A stretch of 61,506 bases of DNA from Candidatus Subterrananammoxibius californiae (GCA_030586555.1 JAURAC010000014.1:14707-76212); one strand, 5' to 3'; shown: positions 46,156-56,123, numbered from the stretch's first letter. The notes: a model not told the origin generated them from the sequence alone. Translations and numbers: made by a program.

Positions 46156-46843
46156 TAACCCTTACTGTGATGAAAACAAATAAAGCAGTGAGACTGACAT
46201 AATAAACTACATCCCTTGTATCAACGAGACCTTTGGTAAATGTATCCCAGTGGCCAAATGTTCCAATATATTTTAAAGCCTCGGAAAACCATCCTTCTGT
46301 GCCTGCCACATAAAATCCTACAACCCAGAGTATCATAAGCGATACAATACCGATGACTGCAGCAACGATTTGATTCTTTGTAAGTGATGAAACCAGTAAT
46401 CCAATAGAAACAAACATTGCTCCCATTAATATAAGTCCGATATAGCTTGAGATTATAGGTCCAATATCGGGATTGCCAACCCAGCTCAAAAATGCTATGT
46501 AAATAAGGGTTGGAGCAAGCATGACGCCGTAAAGTCCCCATGCCGCCAGAAACTTTCCAAAGACAACCTCAAAATCGGTAACCGGGGCTGTCATTAATGT
46601 TTCAATTGTTCCAGTTTTGCTTTCCTCTGCAAGGAGCCTCATGGTTATAACAGGCGTGAGGATTGAGAGAACAAACTGAGATATAGCCAAGCTGTATCGC
46701 AAGCTTGCTTCTGTAGTAATAAATAATGCCTTTTGAAAGAAATAGCCCGATACTACCAGGAAAACCACTATCACCACGTATGCAACTGGTGAAAGAAAAT
46801 AGGCATTCATTTCACGTCGAAATACAGTTGGAACATTCGTCAT
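46133..46843 (-). CDS. ABC-2 permease (GldF-like)
   Basis: TMRLLAEE..GTIETLMTAP, SSLTKNQIVA. Confidence 0.9.
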   Translation of the reverse strand: MTNVPTVFRREMNAYFLSPVAYVVIVVFLVVSGYFFQKALFITTEASLRYSLAISQFVLSILTPVITMRLLAEESKTGTIETLMTAPVTDFEVVFGKFLAAWGLYGVMLAPTLIYIAFLSWVGNPDIGPIISSYIGLILMGAMFVSIGLLVSSLTKNQIVAAVIGIVSLMILWVVGFYVAGTEGWFSEALKYIGTFGHWDTFTKGLVDTRDVVYYVSLTALFVFITVRVIESRKWR

Positions 46844-46899
46844 TGCTCACCTCCACTACAGGTATGGTTTCGTTAAATGGCCGTCCGAAGAATGTGATT

Positions 46900-47832
46900 C
46901 TAACTCTCTTGTGTAGTTATTTGATGGAAGATGTCCTCAAGGGAGGCTTTTTCCCTTCTTAACTCATATAAAATCCAGTTGTTTTTGACAATGCATTTGA
47001 AGATGTCTTCCCTTATGTCTTTGTCCCCATCAGCCTCAACGACAAAATTGTTTATGTCCCCATTCTCACTCCCGAGAACTTTTGTAACGCCCGGAATTGC
47101 CGATAATGCGCTCTTAATACGCTCCGCTTTGCCCGCAACCTCTAAGTGTACAGTAGCGCCGCCCTTCAAGCTGGTTAAAAGGTTAGATGGGGTATCCATA
47201 GCAACAACCTTACCCCTGTTAATGATTATGACGCGCCCACAAATCATCTCAACCTCTGGAAGGATGTGCGTTGATAGCAAGACAGTGTGCTTTTCACCGA
47301 GTGCCTTTATTAATTGCCTAATTTGCCTAATCTGATTGGGGTCGAGACCGATGGTAGGCTCGTCAAGTATTAGTATCTTAGGGTCATGGAGAAGGGTATC
47401 GGCAAGGCCCACCCTTTGCCGATAGCCTTTCGATAGTGTGCCAATAATCTGTTTCTCTACTTCTCTTATGCCGCATCGTTCAAGGCACTCCTGGATTCTT
47501 GAATTCCTTTCCTTAGAAGGTACCTTTTTTAATTTTGCTCGAAATAAAAGATACTCATTTACCCTCATCTCAGGATAGAGAGGAACGTTTTCAGGTAAGT
47601 ATCCTATTTGCTTGCGGACGTTCAAAGAATCTGTAAACACGTCGTAGCCTGCAACGGATGCCGTGCCAGAGGTTGCTGGCATGAAGCAGGTTAGTATACG
47701 CATGGTTGTCGTCTTACCAGCGCCATTTGGGCCAAGAAGCCCAACAATCTCGCCCTCACCCACCTCAAACGAGACATCCTCTACGGCAAGGACATTTGCA
47801 TAGCTTTTCGTTAAATGTTCAACCTTTATCAC
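46900..47832 (-). CDS. ABC transporter ATP-binding protein (GldA-like)
   Basis: GPNGAGKTT, LSKGYRQR, LDEPT; GTG 47832 after GGAGG preferred over 47907. Confidence 0.93.
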   Translation of the reverse strand: MIKVEHLTKSYANVLAVEDVSFEVGEGEIVGLLGPNGAGKTTTMRILTCFMPATSGTASVAGYDVFTDSLNVRKQIGYLPENVPLYPEMRVNEYLLFRAKLKKVPSKERNSRIQECLERCGIREVEKQIIGTLSKGYRQRVGLADTLLHDPKILILDEPTIGLDPNQIRQIRQLIKALGEKHTVLLSTHILPEVEMICGRVIIINRGKVVAMDTPSNLLTSLKGGATVHLEVAGKAERIKSALSAIPGVTKVLGSENGDINNFVVEADGDKDIREDIFKCIVKNNWILYELRREKASLEDIFHQITTQES

Positions 47833-47913
47833 CTTAAAAAACACCTCCTCCTTACTTCTTCTTGGAAAAGAAGTAAGCAAGAAAAACCTAATACCTTTTT
47901 TCAACAAGGTAAG

Positions 47914-48156
47914 TCATTCTGAGCGTTTACCACCTTCTTGTGCTTCAGGAGCGGTATCTTCACCTGTACTTACTGCCACCGCATCTTGAATAAAATCTTC
48001 AAAAGATTCTTGTATGGGATTGTTTTTCTCTTGACCAAATGCATGTGCTTTACCTTTTAAAATTTGCCTTGCCCTTTTTATTATGACAGTACTTAATGCA
48101 TAAGGGCCTCCAGCCTTCTTCGCTAAAACATCAATAATTTTGTATTGGCTATACAA
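47914..48156 (-). CDS. RNA polymerase omega-subunit-like protein
   Basis: LAKKAGGPYALSTVIIKRARQI resembles the RpoZ N-terminal motif. Confidence 0.55.
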   Translation of the reverse strand: MYSQYKIIDVLAKKAGGPYALSTVIIKRARQILKGKAHAFGQEKNNPIQESFEDFIQDAVAVSTGEDTAPEAQEGGKRSE

Positions 48157-48525
48157 ATTATTATATCCTTACTAATAGTAAAAGAGACACCTTCATATCC
48201 AAAATTATTATATTATAGACACAAATTTATGTTTGTCAATATATATTTTGGGTGGAGTTTCCCCATTTTTTCTTGAACAAGGTTCACAAGGCAAATTTAG
48301 AGATCAGCTGAGCGGGGTTGGACGATTAGCGGTTAGGGTTATGAAGCCCGTAACGGCATACGGTTACAGCTTTTGCCTTTTTTTGCCGTTGCCGAATCAC
48401 GTTTTGACGATACAGGCATCGTTACCGTTGGACGATTTACGGTATTACCACTATAACTAACAGCTTTTACTATTGTTGTGCAAATTCAATGTTAAATTTT
48501 GGGGAAACTACTCCAAGATTTATCC

Positions 48526-48554
48526 TTGACTCATAAAAAGAAGTCTGGTATTAT
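48526..48554 (+). promoter_or_regulatory. Sigma-70-type promoter
   Basis: TTGACT-N17-TATTAT upstream of 48727. Confidence 0.55.
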
Positions 48555-48565
48555 ACGTCCTACTT

Positions 48566-48626
48566 CTTTGCGAGGGGCGAAGCCCCGAAGCAATCTTGCC
48601 GAGATTCCTCGCTTCGCTCGAAATGA
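48566..48626. repeat. TTGCGAG...GCAATCT / AGATT...CTCG.AATGA palindromic repeat
   Basis: Related half copy GTCATTGCGAGGAGCGTTAGCGACGTGGCAATCTC at 57661-57695. Confidence 0.7.
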
Positions 48627-48726
48627 AGTCTTCAGCTCACCCTTTTTCAAAAAGGTGAGGTTGCCCCGCCAAGGAGTCTGAATACAATAGGTTATCTACC
48701 GATAATTAAAAAGGAGAAAATCAGGC

Positions 48727-50667
48727 ATGTTAACCGTCGGAATTGACATAGGTTCTTTATCCACTAATGGAGTCCTTGTTAATGATAATAAAGAAATACT
48801 GGCATCCGATATAATTCCCACCGGAGCAAGCAGTAAAAAGGCAGCAGAAAAAACATTTCAAAATGTGCTTAAAACCGCAGGGGTTTCGGAAAAGGATGTA
48901 GCTTACATTATTGCCACAGGCTACGGTAGAATTAAGGTGCCATTTGCCAACGAGGTCGTTACGGAAATTACCTGCCATGCGAGAGGGGCTAATTACTTCT
49001 TCCCAAATGTTAGGACCATTATTGATATCGGTGGGCAAGATAGTAAGGTGATTAAGGTTGATAGTAACGGTAACGTACTTGACTTCGTTATGAATGATAA
49101 ATGCGCTGCGGGAACGGGTAGATTCCTGGAGGTAATGGCAAGAACGCTTGAGATTGACCTCGACGATATGGGACCCCTTTCACTTAAAGGAAGAGGTGAA
49201 TTGGCTATTAGCAGCTTGTGCACGGTGTTTGCCGAATCTGAGGTTGTTTCGCTTATAGGCGCAGACAAAAAAACCCCTGATATTTGCCGAGCTCTTCATA
49301 TCTCGATAGCCAAAAGGATTACTGCCCAGGTAAAGAGGGTCGGTCTTGAAGGAGAGCTTGCCATGACGGGGGGCGTTGCTAAGAATATCGGGGTTGTTAG
49401 AGAGATAGAAAGAACCCTCGCAACAGAGATTAAAATAGCCCCAGAGCCCCAGATTATAGGTGCGTTGGGGGCAGCGCTCATTGCGCTTGAGAATGCTCTT
49501 TCCAAATGCGGAATGCGGGATGCGGAATGTGGAATAATTTCACAAACAGAGATTCACTATTCGCAATCGGAAAATGTTGTTTCTATAGCAGATGTCTCAT
49601 TAGAAGACAGCAGCTTGCCAAAGATAGGCTATATGTGTTCCTACACACCGGTGGAAATTATTAGAGCCGCAGGGTTTCATCCAGTAAGGGTAAGGGGTTC
49701 TAATACGGAAGATGCCTCTTCTGGCGAGCACCTATGCTCAAATATCTGCCCTTACATAAAGACGGTCCTCGAAAAGAAGCTCTCTGGTGGATTAGAGCAC
49801 CTTCACGGTATGGTATTTGCCAATTCGTGTGATGGCATGAGAAGGCTATATGACACGTGGGTCAGGTTAGACGGGAATAAAAAGTTCAATTATATCCTCG
49901 ATGTTCCCAAAAATAACGATGAGGCGGCAATACACTATTTTGCCGATTTGCTAAAGACCTTTAAAGAAAGGCTTGAGAAATATTTTGGGCGTATCATTCA
50001 TAATGAAGATATTACCCAGAGCATCTCGCACTACAACAGGGTAAGGGAAAAGGTGAGGCACTTTCTCCAGAATCATTGGGGCGGATATTCAGGTCATTCA
50101 GGTTACGAGATACTTACCCTGCTCAAAAAAGGAATAAATGCTTTGCCAGAGAAATTTCACGATTATTTGACGTCCCTTATGAACATGAAAAATTATGCCC
50201 ATGACACAAGGAAGGTGCCAAAACTCTTTTTGTGGGGTGGTATAGTAGAGGATGAAGGGATTGTAAAGCTAATTGAGGATGCTGGCGCCAGGGTGGTTGC
50301 AGACGACCTCTGTAGCGGAAGCCGCTATTTTGATGCAATCGTAGATATTACTGATAATCCCTTTGTATCCATTGCCAAAAGATACCTTAGAAGAATATCT
50401 TGCTCTCGCATGGTAAACATATCTGAGAGGATTGAGAATGCCATCTCCCTGATTGAGCGCTTTTCTATTCATGGGGCAGTTTATCACACCTTAAAATTTT
50501 GTGACCACTCGTTGTACGACCTCCCACTAATCAAAAAAGAATTTCAAAAGAAGAATATCCCTCTTTTGCACCTGAGCTGCGACTACTCCCCCAGCACACA
50601 GGGCCAAATAAAGACTCGGGTAGAAGCCTTTCTGGAGCAGCTCGTCGGTTCGAAGAGTATAAACTGA
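48727..50667 (+). CDS. Fused acyl-CoA dehydratase activase (HgdC-like ASKHA ATPase) + 2-hydroxyacyl-CoA dehydratase subunit
   Basis: GIDIGS, ATGYGR, EITCHA, DIGGQDSK, MNDKCAAGTGRFL; then CSYTPVE, NSCD, KFCD, TRVEAFLE. Confidence 0.9.
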   Translation: MLTVGIDIGSLSTNGVLVNDNKEILASDIIPTGASSKKAAEKTFQNVLKTAGVSEKDVAYIIATGYGRIKVPFANEVVTEITCHARGANYFFPNVRTIIDIGGQDSKVIKVDSNGNVLDFVMNDKCAAGTGRFLEVMARTLEIDLDDMGPLSLKGRGELAISSLCTVFAESEVVSLIGADKKTPDICRALHISIAKRITAQVKRVGLEGELAMTGGVAKNIGVVREIERTLATEIKIAPEPQIIGALGAALIALENALSKCGMRDAECGIISQTEIHYSQSENVVSIADVSLEDSSLPKIGYMCSYTPVEIIRAAGFHPVRVRGSNTEDASSGEHLCSNICPYIKTVLEKKLSGGLEHLHGMVFANSCDGMRRLYDTWVRLDGNKKFNYILDVPKNNDEAAIHYFADLLKTFKERLEKYFGRIIHNEDITQSISHYNRVREKVRHFLQNHWGGYSGHSGYEILTLLKKGINALPEKFHDYLTSLMNMKNYAHDTRKVPKLFLWGGIVEDEGIVKLIEDAGARVVADDLCSGSRYFDAIVDITDNPFVSIAKRYLRRISCSRMVNISERIENAISLIERFSIHGAVYHTLKFCDHSLYDLPLIKKEFQKKNIPLLHLSCDYSPSTQGQIKTRVEAFLEQLVGSKSIN

Positions 50668-50686
50668 TTTAATTAAAGATATCTTT

Positions 50687-52006
50687 TTGCCTTTTAACCT
50701 TTTAGAACGCATGTTTAATAAATACAAAGAACAACTTAAAGAGCGTTTAACACGCAGGTTTGCTCCATTATTCCTTCGGGAGTGTATAAGGTTTATTAGC
50801 ATATTCCCAAGAAAAGACCGAGATGAGGAGTTAGGTGCGCTTGGCTATTTGAAACGAGCTGGTGCAGGGCATCTCTTTGATACTTACAACAAAAAGAGTA
50901 GCACTGTATGGACAACGCTGTTTGTGCCATCAGAGTTACTCTTTGCCATGGGTCTTGTTCCTCTTTCGGTAGAGATAGCAGCAGCCTTATTTGCAGGGTT
51001 GGGATGGAGCACACCTGCTTTAATGGAGGCAGAATCAAATGACATACCCACTGATGCGTGCACATTTCACCGTGCAGCCCTCGGTCATATGCTCAAAGGT
51101 TATCTGCCTAAACCAATCCTAAATGTGGCTACATCAACCCTTTGCGATAGCAATACAAAAACAATAAAGATATGTGAGTCTGTTACCGGAAAGGAAAGTA
51201 TAGTTCTGGACGTTCCCTTTGAAAAGTCCGATGTCGCTGTAAAATACCTTGCCAGGCAGTTAGAAGAGTTAACTAAACGTCTGGAAAACGCCTCCGGGCG
51301 AAGAATGGATATGAGGTCTTTTGCAGAAGCAATAGAGCGGTCTAACAGAGTAAGAGAACTGCTAACAGCAATCAACCAGATGAGGGTTAACCCCTTTTCA
51401 CCATTAGAAGGTAGTAGCGCATTAGGTTTTATGTTTCCTACTTATCTGCTCATAGGCTCCATGCGGGCAGTGGAGTTTTATTCGAGACTTTGTAGTGAGA
51501 TAAAAGAAAAACTTGATGCAGTTGAGAGGAATGGTCACGACCTTACCAATGGCAAGCAGCCTGAAAAGAAGACCAGAATCCTATGGCTGGAGTTAAAGCC
51601 ATATTTTAAGAATGATTTTATAAGAAGACTGGAAAAAGAACAAAATGTAAAGATTGTGTTTGAGGAAACTAACCACGTTTACTGGGATAAAATGGACCCA
51701 GAAAACCCTTACGAAAGCCTGGCAAAAAAGCTTATTTCTAACCAGTATAACGGCCCTCTTGAGAGAAGAATAGAGGTTATAAAAATGCTTGCAAAGAGAT
51801 ATAAGGTGGATGGTATAGTGGCATTCTCTTCGTGGGGATGCAGAAGAAACAATGCCGCGGTGCCAACCATAAAGAGGGAACTGAACCGCGAGGGATTTCC
51901 ACTCTTAAGCCTCGATGGAGATTGCATTGACGACAATAATTACATGCCAGGACAGTTTTCTACAAGGATTGAGGGCTTCCTTGAGATGCTTTGCAACAGG
52001 GGATAG
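50687..52006 (+). CDS. 2-hydroxyacyl-CoA dehydratase subunit (HgdA/FldB-like)
   Basis: DACTFHR, TLCD, WGCR, LDGDCID, TRIEGFLE; alternative ATG 50711. Confidence 0.88.
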   Translation: MPFNLLERMFNKYKEQLKERLTRRFAPLFLRECIRFISIFPRKDRDEELGALGYLKRAGAGHLFDTYNKKSSTVWTTLFVPSELLFAMGLVPLSVEIAAALFAGLGWSTPALMEAESNDIPTDACTFHRAALGHMLKGYLPKPILNVATSTLCDSNTKTIKICESVTGKESIVLDVPFEKSDVAVKYLARQLEELTKRLENASGRRMDMRSFAEAIERSNRVRELLTAINQMRVNPFSPLEGSSALGFMFPTYLLIGSMRAVEFYSRLCSEIKEKLDAVERNGHDLTNGKQPEKKTRILWLELKPYFKNDFIRRLEKEQNVKIVFEETNHVYWDKMDPENPYESLAKKLISNQYNGPLERRIEVIKMLAKRYKVDGIVAFSSWGCRRNNAAVPTIKRELNREGFPLLSLDGDCIDDNNYMPGQFSTRIEGFLEMLCNRG

Positions 52007-52086
52007 TAAAAAATGTAACCTCCGCGTAGGTTTTTCCCCAAATTAGCCGCATCCTGACAATGCAATATAAGGGTGTGGCTTTTTTC

Positions 52087-52115
52087 TTGACACGGTATCA
52101 AGATAACTGTACAGT
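52087..52115 (+). promoter_or_regulatory. Sigma-70-type promoter
   Basis: TTGACA-N17-TACAGT upstream of 52160. Confidence 0.55.
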
Positions 52116-52159
52116 AACAAACCAGACAAAAACTTTTCTAATCTCTTAAGCCTAAAAGT

Positions 52160-52816
52160 ATGACAAAAATTGATAAGGTTTCCAAGATTAAAGTAATTAT
52201 TAACGAGAAGGACTGCTCAGAGATGGTCCTTGTGCCTGCAGGGACTTTTCTTATGGGTGAGGAAAAAAGTTCGGTTTATGTTGATGCCTTTTATATTGAT
52301 AAATATCAAATTACAAATGCTCAGTACGGAAAATTTGTGGAGGAAACCCGACACAGAAGGCCGTCCTTCTGGGAGGACAGTAGATTCAATAATCCAAATC
52401 AACCAGTGGTAGGGACAAGCTGGGACGATGCGTTAGCTTACGCAAAGTGGGCAGGAAAACGATTACCCAAGGAAACAGAGTGGGAAAAGGCCGCAAGGGG
52501 CACGGATGGAAGGGAATATCCATGGGGAAACACCAAGCCTGATAGTACAACAGCCGTTTACGACCTTGATTTCGATACTGGTTCCCCTGCTCCTGTAGGC
52601 ACCCATGAGGCTGGGGTAAGTCCTTACGGATGCCATGACATAGCGGGAAACGTATGGGAATGGTGTGAGGACTGGTACGAAGAAGGCAAGTATAGAGTAG
52701 TTCGTGGGGGTTCATGGATTAATCATGTTTACATCCTCAGATGCGCCTACCGCAGTTGCAGTTATCCTGGAGGGAGGGATAACAACGTTGGTTTTCGATG
52801 CGTAAAAAACATATAA
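52160..52816 (+). CDS. FGE-sulfatase domain (SUMF1/EgtB/PvdO family) protein
   Basis: RLPKETEWEKAARG, YPWG, GNVWEW, RGGSW, GFRC. Confidence 0.92.
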   Translation: MTKIDKVSKIKVIINEKDCSEMVLVPAGTFLMGEEKSSVYVDAFYIDKYQITNAQYGKFVEETRHRRPSFWEDSRFNNPNQPVVGTSWDDALAYAKWAGKRLPKETEWEKAARGTDGREYPWGNTKPDSTTAVYDLDFDTGSPAPVGTHEAGVSPYGCHDIAGNVWEWCEDWYEEGKYRVVRGGSWINHVYILRCAYRSCSYPGGRDNNVGFRCVKNI

Positions 52817-52898
52817 ACAGACACTGAGATTTTAGAACACAGACATCCAAATGTTGTCTGTTATCTGAGTTTCTGTTATCTGGTGTCTGAGTAACTGA

Positions 52899-53351
52899 TT
52901 ATCTACTTTTTTGCCACGTGTAGTCCCACGTAAATTTGATATTGAAGTTTCCCTCGAACTTGAAATTATCGCCAAAAAAGGTTTTATAATCGCAGGCAGC
53001 CTTAAAGTCTTGCCGTGAGTCTGAATCTGTCTTGCCCATAAGCCCACTTTCTACAAGGTTAAAGACTAATTCTCCGAAATCCGGATCATTTTTGACACCC
53101 CAGAGTTCGAATACCGTAGGAGCCATATAACCCATTTGCTCCATTGCATACTTTCGAATGCCTTCGATAAGTTGCTGTCCGCTGACGTGGCGTTCCTCTT
53201 CTCGGGAACTTTTAAGATTTTTTCCGAGCTTCTTTGCGGTGTAATCAAGCGCCTCGAAGATAAAACGATATGCCTGAAGTGAGTAGCGTGGGTCCTTCCT
53301 GGTAATCTCCAGGAGCTTATCCCACATGCTGTACATGGCTTTTTTCCCCAT
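52899..53351 (-). CDS. Minf_1886 family protein
   Basis: DPRY...AY.F..AL, HVSGQQL, DFGELVFNLVESG. Confidence 0.8.
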   Translation of the reverse strand: MGKKAMYSMWDKLLEITRKDPRYSLQAYRFIFEALDYTAKKLGKNLKSSREEERHVSGQQLIEGIRKYAMEQMGYMAPTVFELWGVKNDPDFGELVFNLVESGLMGKTDSDSRQDFKAACDYKTFFGDNFKFEGNFNIKFTWDYTWQKSR

Positions 53352-53358
53352 AATTTAA

Positions 53359-54918
53359 TTAAGCGCCCCCCAGCTTGCCAGCCTCTGGCATCTCCACCCT
53401 TGGGAATAGCGGCTTACCCTTATTAACCCTTGTGCTATGTTTGATACCGCCCCACTCTGTTTTTAGGTCTGGATACGGTTCGCCTGAGGCGGATAATCCC
53501 AACTGTTTCTGCACCTCAACCGCTGTATTTGGCATGAATGGATAAATGTATACAGAAATTGTCCTGATAGCCTCTGTTAGATTATAGATTACCGTTCGAA
53601 GGTCCGCACTTCGAGTCTTATCCTTTGCAAGCACCCAGGGTTTAGAATCCTCTACGAACTTATTGGTCATGGCAACAAACTCCCATATTGCCTCAAGACA
53701 GCGGCTAAACTGCAATTCACGCATTTCAATTTCTATCTTATCCTTAAGCAGGGTGGCATGGTCTATCAATTCCTGTCCCAACCTCGATTCAGAGCAATAT
53801 ACGGGTAGCACACCGTCAAAATATTTTTCAACCATTGTTAGTGTTCTATGCAAAAGATTTCCCAGGTCATTGCCGAGGTCAGAGTTAATCCTGTTTATAA
53901 GGGCAGTGTAAGAGAAATTGCCATCGAGCCCAAAAGGCACCTCTCTTAGGATGAAGTATCTATACGCATCCACTCCGTAAGTATCGGTAATAGCAATTGG
54001 GTCAATAGCGTTGCCTAATGATTTTGAAATCTTTTGTCCTTCTATTGTCCACCAACCGTGGGCATGAATCTGATGCGGAACCTCAATCTCTAACGACATA
54101 AGTATAGCAGGCCATATAACGCCATGAAACCAGAGAATTTCTTTACCTATTATATGCACATTGGCAGGCCAATATTTATTAAACCTCTCAGGTTCATCAT
54201 CGTAACCCAGGGCAGTTATGTAGTTCAGCAGGGCATCAATCCAGACGTAGATAGTGTGCTTTGTGTTCATAGGCACCGGAATGCCCCATTCTACGGCTGC
54301 GCGACTTACACTGATATCATCCATCCCCGACATGATTCGCTTCCACAATTCATTTCTTCTTGAAATGGGACGAATAAAATCACTATGTTTCTCAAAGTGC
54401 TCAATAATTCTGTCACGATATTTTGAAAGCCTAAAGAAATAATTTTCCTCCTTTAATTTCTCAACGGGACGACTACAATCGGGGCAATTATTATTCACCA
54501 GTTGACTGTCCAACCAGAAGCTCTCGCAGGGGATACAATACCAGCCTTCGTACATTCCGAGATAGATGTCCCCCTTTTCATAGATTTTCTGAAATACCTT
54601 TTGCACCCGATTTACATGTCTATCCTCACTGGTACGTATGAAGTCATCATTAGAGATACAAAGTTTCTCCCAGAGCCTCTTAAACCCACTTACTACCCTG
54701 TTAATAAACACCGAAGGTTCTTCATTGTTTGCCCTTGCCGCCCTTTGAATCTTTTGACCATGTTCATCCGTTCCTGTAAGGAAGAAAACATCATATCCCA
54801 CCATCCTTTTATATCTTGCCAGAACATCGGCGGCAATTGTAGTATATGAGTGTCCTATATGAGGAACGTCGTTTACATAATAAATTGGCGTAGAAATGCA
54901 AAAGACAGGTTTACCCAC
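53359..54918 (-). CDS. metG: Methionine--tRNA ligase (short form)
   Basis: TPIYYVN..PHIGH, GTDEHGQKI, KISKS; no C-terminal tRNA-binding domain. Confidence 0.96.
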   Translation of the reverse strand: MGKPVFCISTPIYYVNDVPHIGHSYTTIAADVLARYKRMVGYDVFFLTGTDEHGQKIQRAARANNEEPSVFINRVVSGFKRLWEKLCISNDDFIRTSEDRHVNRVQKVFQKIYEKGDIYLGMYEGWYCIPCESFWLDSQLVNNNCPDCSRPVEKLKEENYFFRLSKYRDRIIEHFEKHSDFIRPISRRNELWKRIMSGMDDISVSRAAVEWGIPVPMNTKHTIYVWIDALLNYITALGYDDEPERFNKYWPANVHIIGKEILWFHGVIWPAILMSLEIEVPHQIHAHGWWTIEGQKISKSLGNAIDPIAITDTYGVDAYRYFILREVPFGLDGNFSYTALINRINSDLGNDLGNLLHRTLTMVEKYFDGVLPVYCSESRLGQELIDHATLLKDKIEIEMRELQFSRCLEAIWEFVAMTNKFVEDSKPWVLAKDKTRSADLRTVIYNLTEAIRTISVYIYPFMPNTAVEVQKQLGLSASGEPYPDLKTEWGGIKHSTRVNKGKPLFPRVEMPEAGKLGGA

Positions 54919-55777
54919 ACACGCCTTCTTTAGGACATGTCATGCCACAGGCAGATTCGCCTTGGCGTCCCTTCCTTGGATATTCTAAGATTTCTTTAGC
55001 AGGAACGACGAGTGGCCTTCCGCTTTCCATCTCTATAGTAACCAGTTGCCGTAGCACGTCGTAGTCAACCACCTCCCCGCTGCCCTTTGCTGTACGAACT
55101 ATAGTGCCTTTCTTTGGAAGAAAGCACCTTAGTTCCTCGTAGGTATTGTCTTCGTAGCGGAGGCAACACATAAGCCTACCGCACCTGCCAGATATCTTAG
55201 ATGGGTCAAGGGTAGCCTTTTGATTCTTAGCCATTTTCATTGTAACAGGCTCAAGACTTTTCAGGAATGTCTTACAGCAGAGTTCCCTACCACAGTGTTC
55301 ATAATCTGCAAGAAGCCTTGCTTCGTCCCTGACGCCAATTTGCTTCATCTCAATCCTGGTTTGATATTCCTTTGCCAGGTCCTTTACAAGCTCCCTGAAA
55401 TCTACTCGTCCTTCAGCTAAGAAATAAAAAATCATCTTCTTGCTTCCAAAAAGATGCTCAACGCTTGCCAGCTTCATTTGCAGCCTATGTTCTTTTATCT
55501 TTTTCTGGCAGAATTTAAATGCATTAGGTATTGACTCCTCCTCTATCTTTCGCAGTTCTTCCTTATCCTCATTAGTAAGTTTGCGTATGATTTCTCCGTT
55601 GCCTTCCTCAACAACGTCCTCTTCAACAGCTACTGGCTTTGATACAACCTCCCCAGCCTCAACGCCACGAGCGGAGCGGATGACGACCTTATCAGAATCC
55701 CTTAAATATGTTAGCGTCGTCTTAAAAGTAGATACATTCCTTAAAGCGCCAAAACGAACATTGACCCGATAATACAC
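54911..55777 (-). CDS. PSP1-domain protein (YaaT/RicT family)
   Basis: RVDFRELVKDLA, CGRELCC, KISGRCGRLMCCLRYE. Confidence 0.92.
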   Translation of the reverse strand: MYYRVNVRFGALRNVSTFKTTLTYLRDSDKVVIRSARGVEAGEVVSKPVAVEEDVVEEGNGEIIRKLTNEDKEELRKIEEESIPNAFKFCQKKIKEHRLQMKLASVEHLFGSKKMIFYFLAEGRVDFRELVKDLAKEYQTRIEMKQIGVRDEARLLADYEHCGRELCCKTFLKSLEPVTMKMAKNQKATLDPSKISGRCGRLMCCLRYEDNTYEELRCFLPKKGTIVRTAKGSGEVVDYDVLRQLVTIEMESGRPLVVPAKEILEYPRKGRQGESACGMTCPKEGVCG

Positions 55778-55982
55778 AGTTATATCCTCAATATATTAAA
55801 CATGGATAATGCGTTTTACCCTGTAACAACCCAATTCGAAGTCTTTTAATGGCTTAATATTAGCATAAAATACATACTATTGTCAAGCGCTTTCCCCCAC
55901 TCCCCCCATACTAAGGAACGAGTGCGCCACCCGTTCCCACGCATTGCGTGGGAACGGGAAAGGGAGACCAGGCAAAAAGTGC

Positions 55983-56011
55983 TTGACATCATCAGACATG
56001 TATGCTATTTT
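55983..56011 (+). promoter_or_regulatory. Sigma-70-type promoter of the tRNA
   Basis: TTGACA-N17-TATTTT with TG extension. Confidence 0.55.
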
Positions 56012-56047
56012 GCAATCCATTCGTTGTCCGCCTGGGGCAAATTGGGT

Positions 56048-56123
<76 letters not shown>

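Noticed and set aside
48317..48443. Guanidine-II riboswitch
   Set aside because: ACGA loops have weak G-U stems, are 110 nt apart and lie far from a start codon
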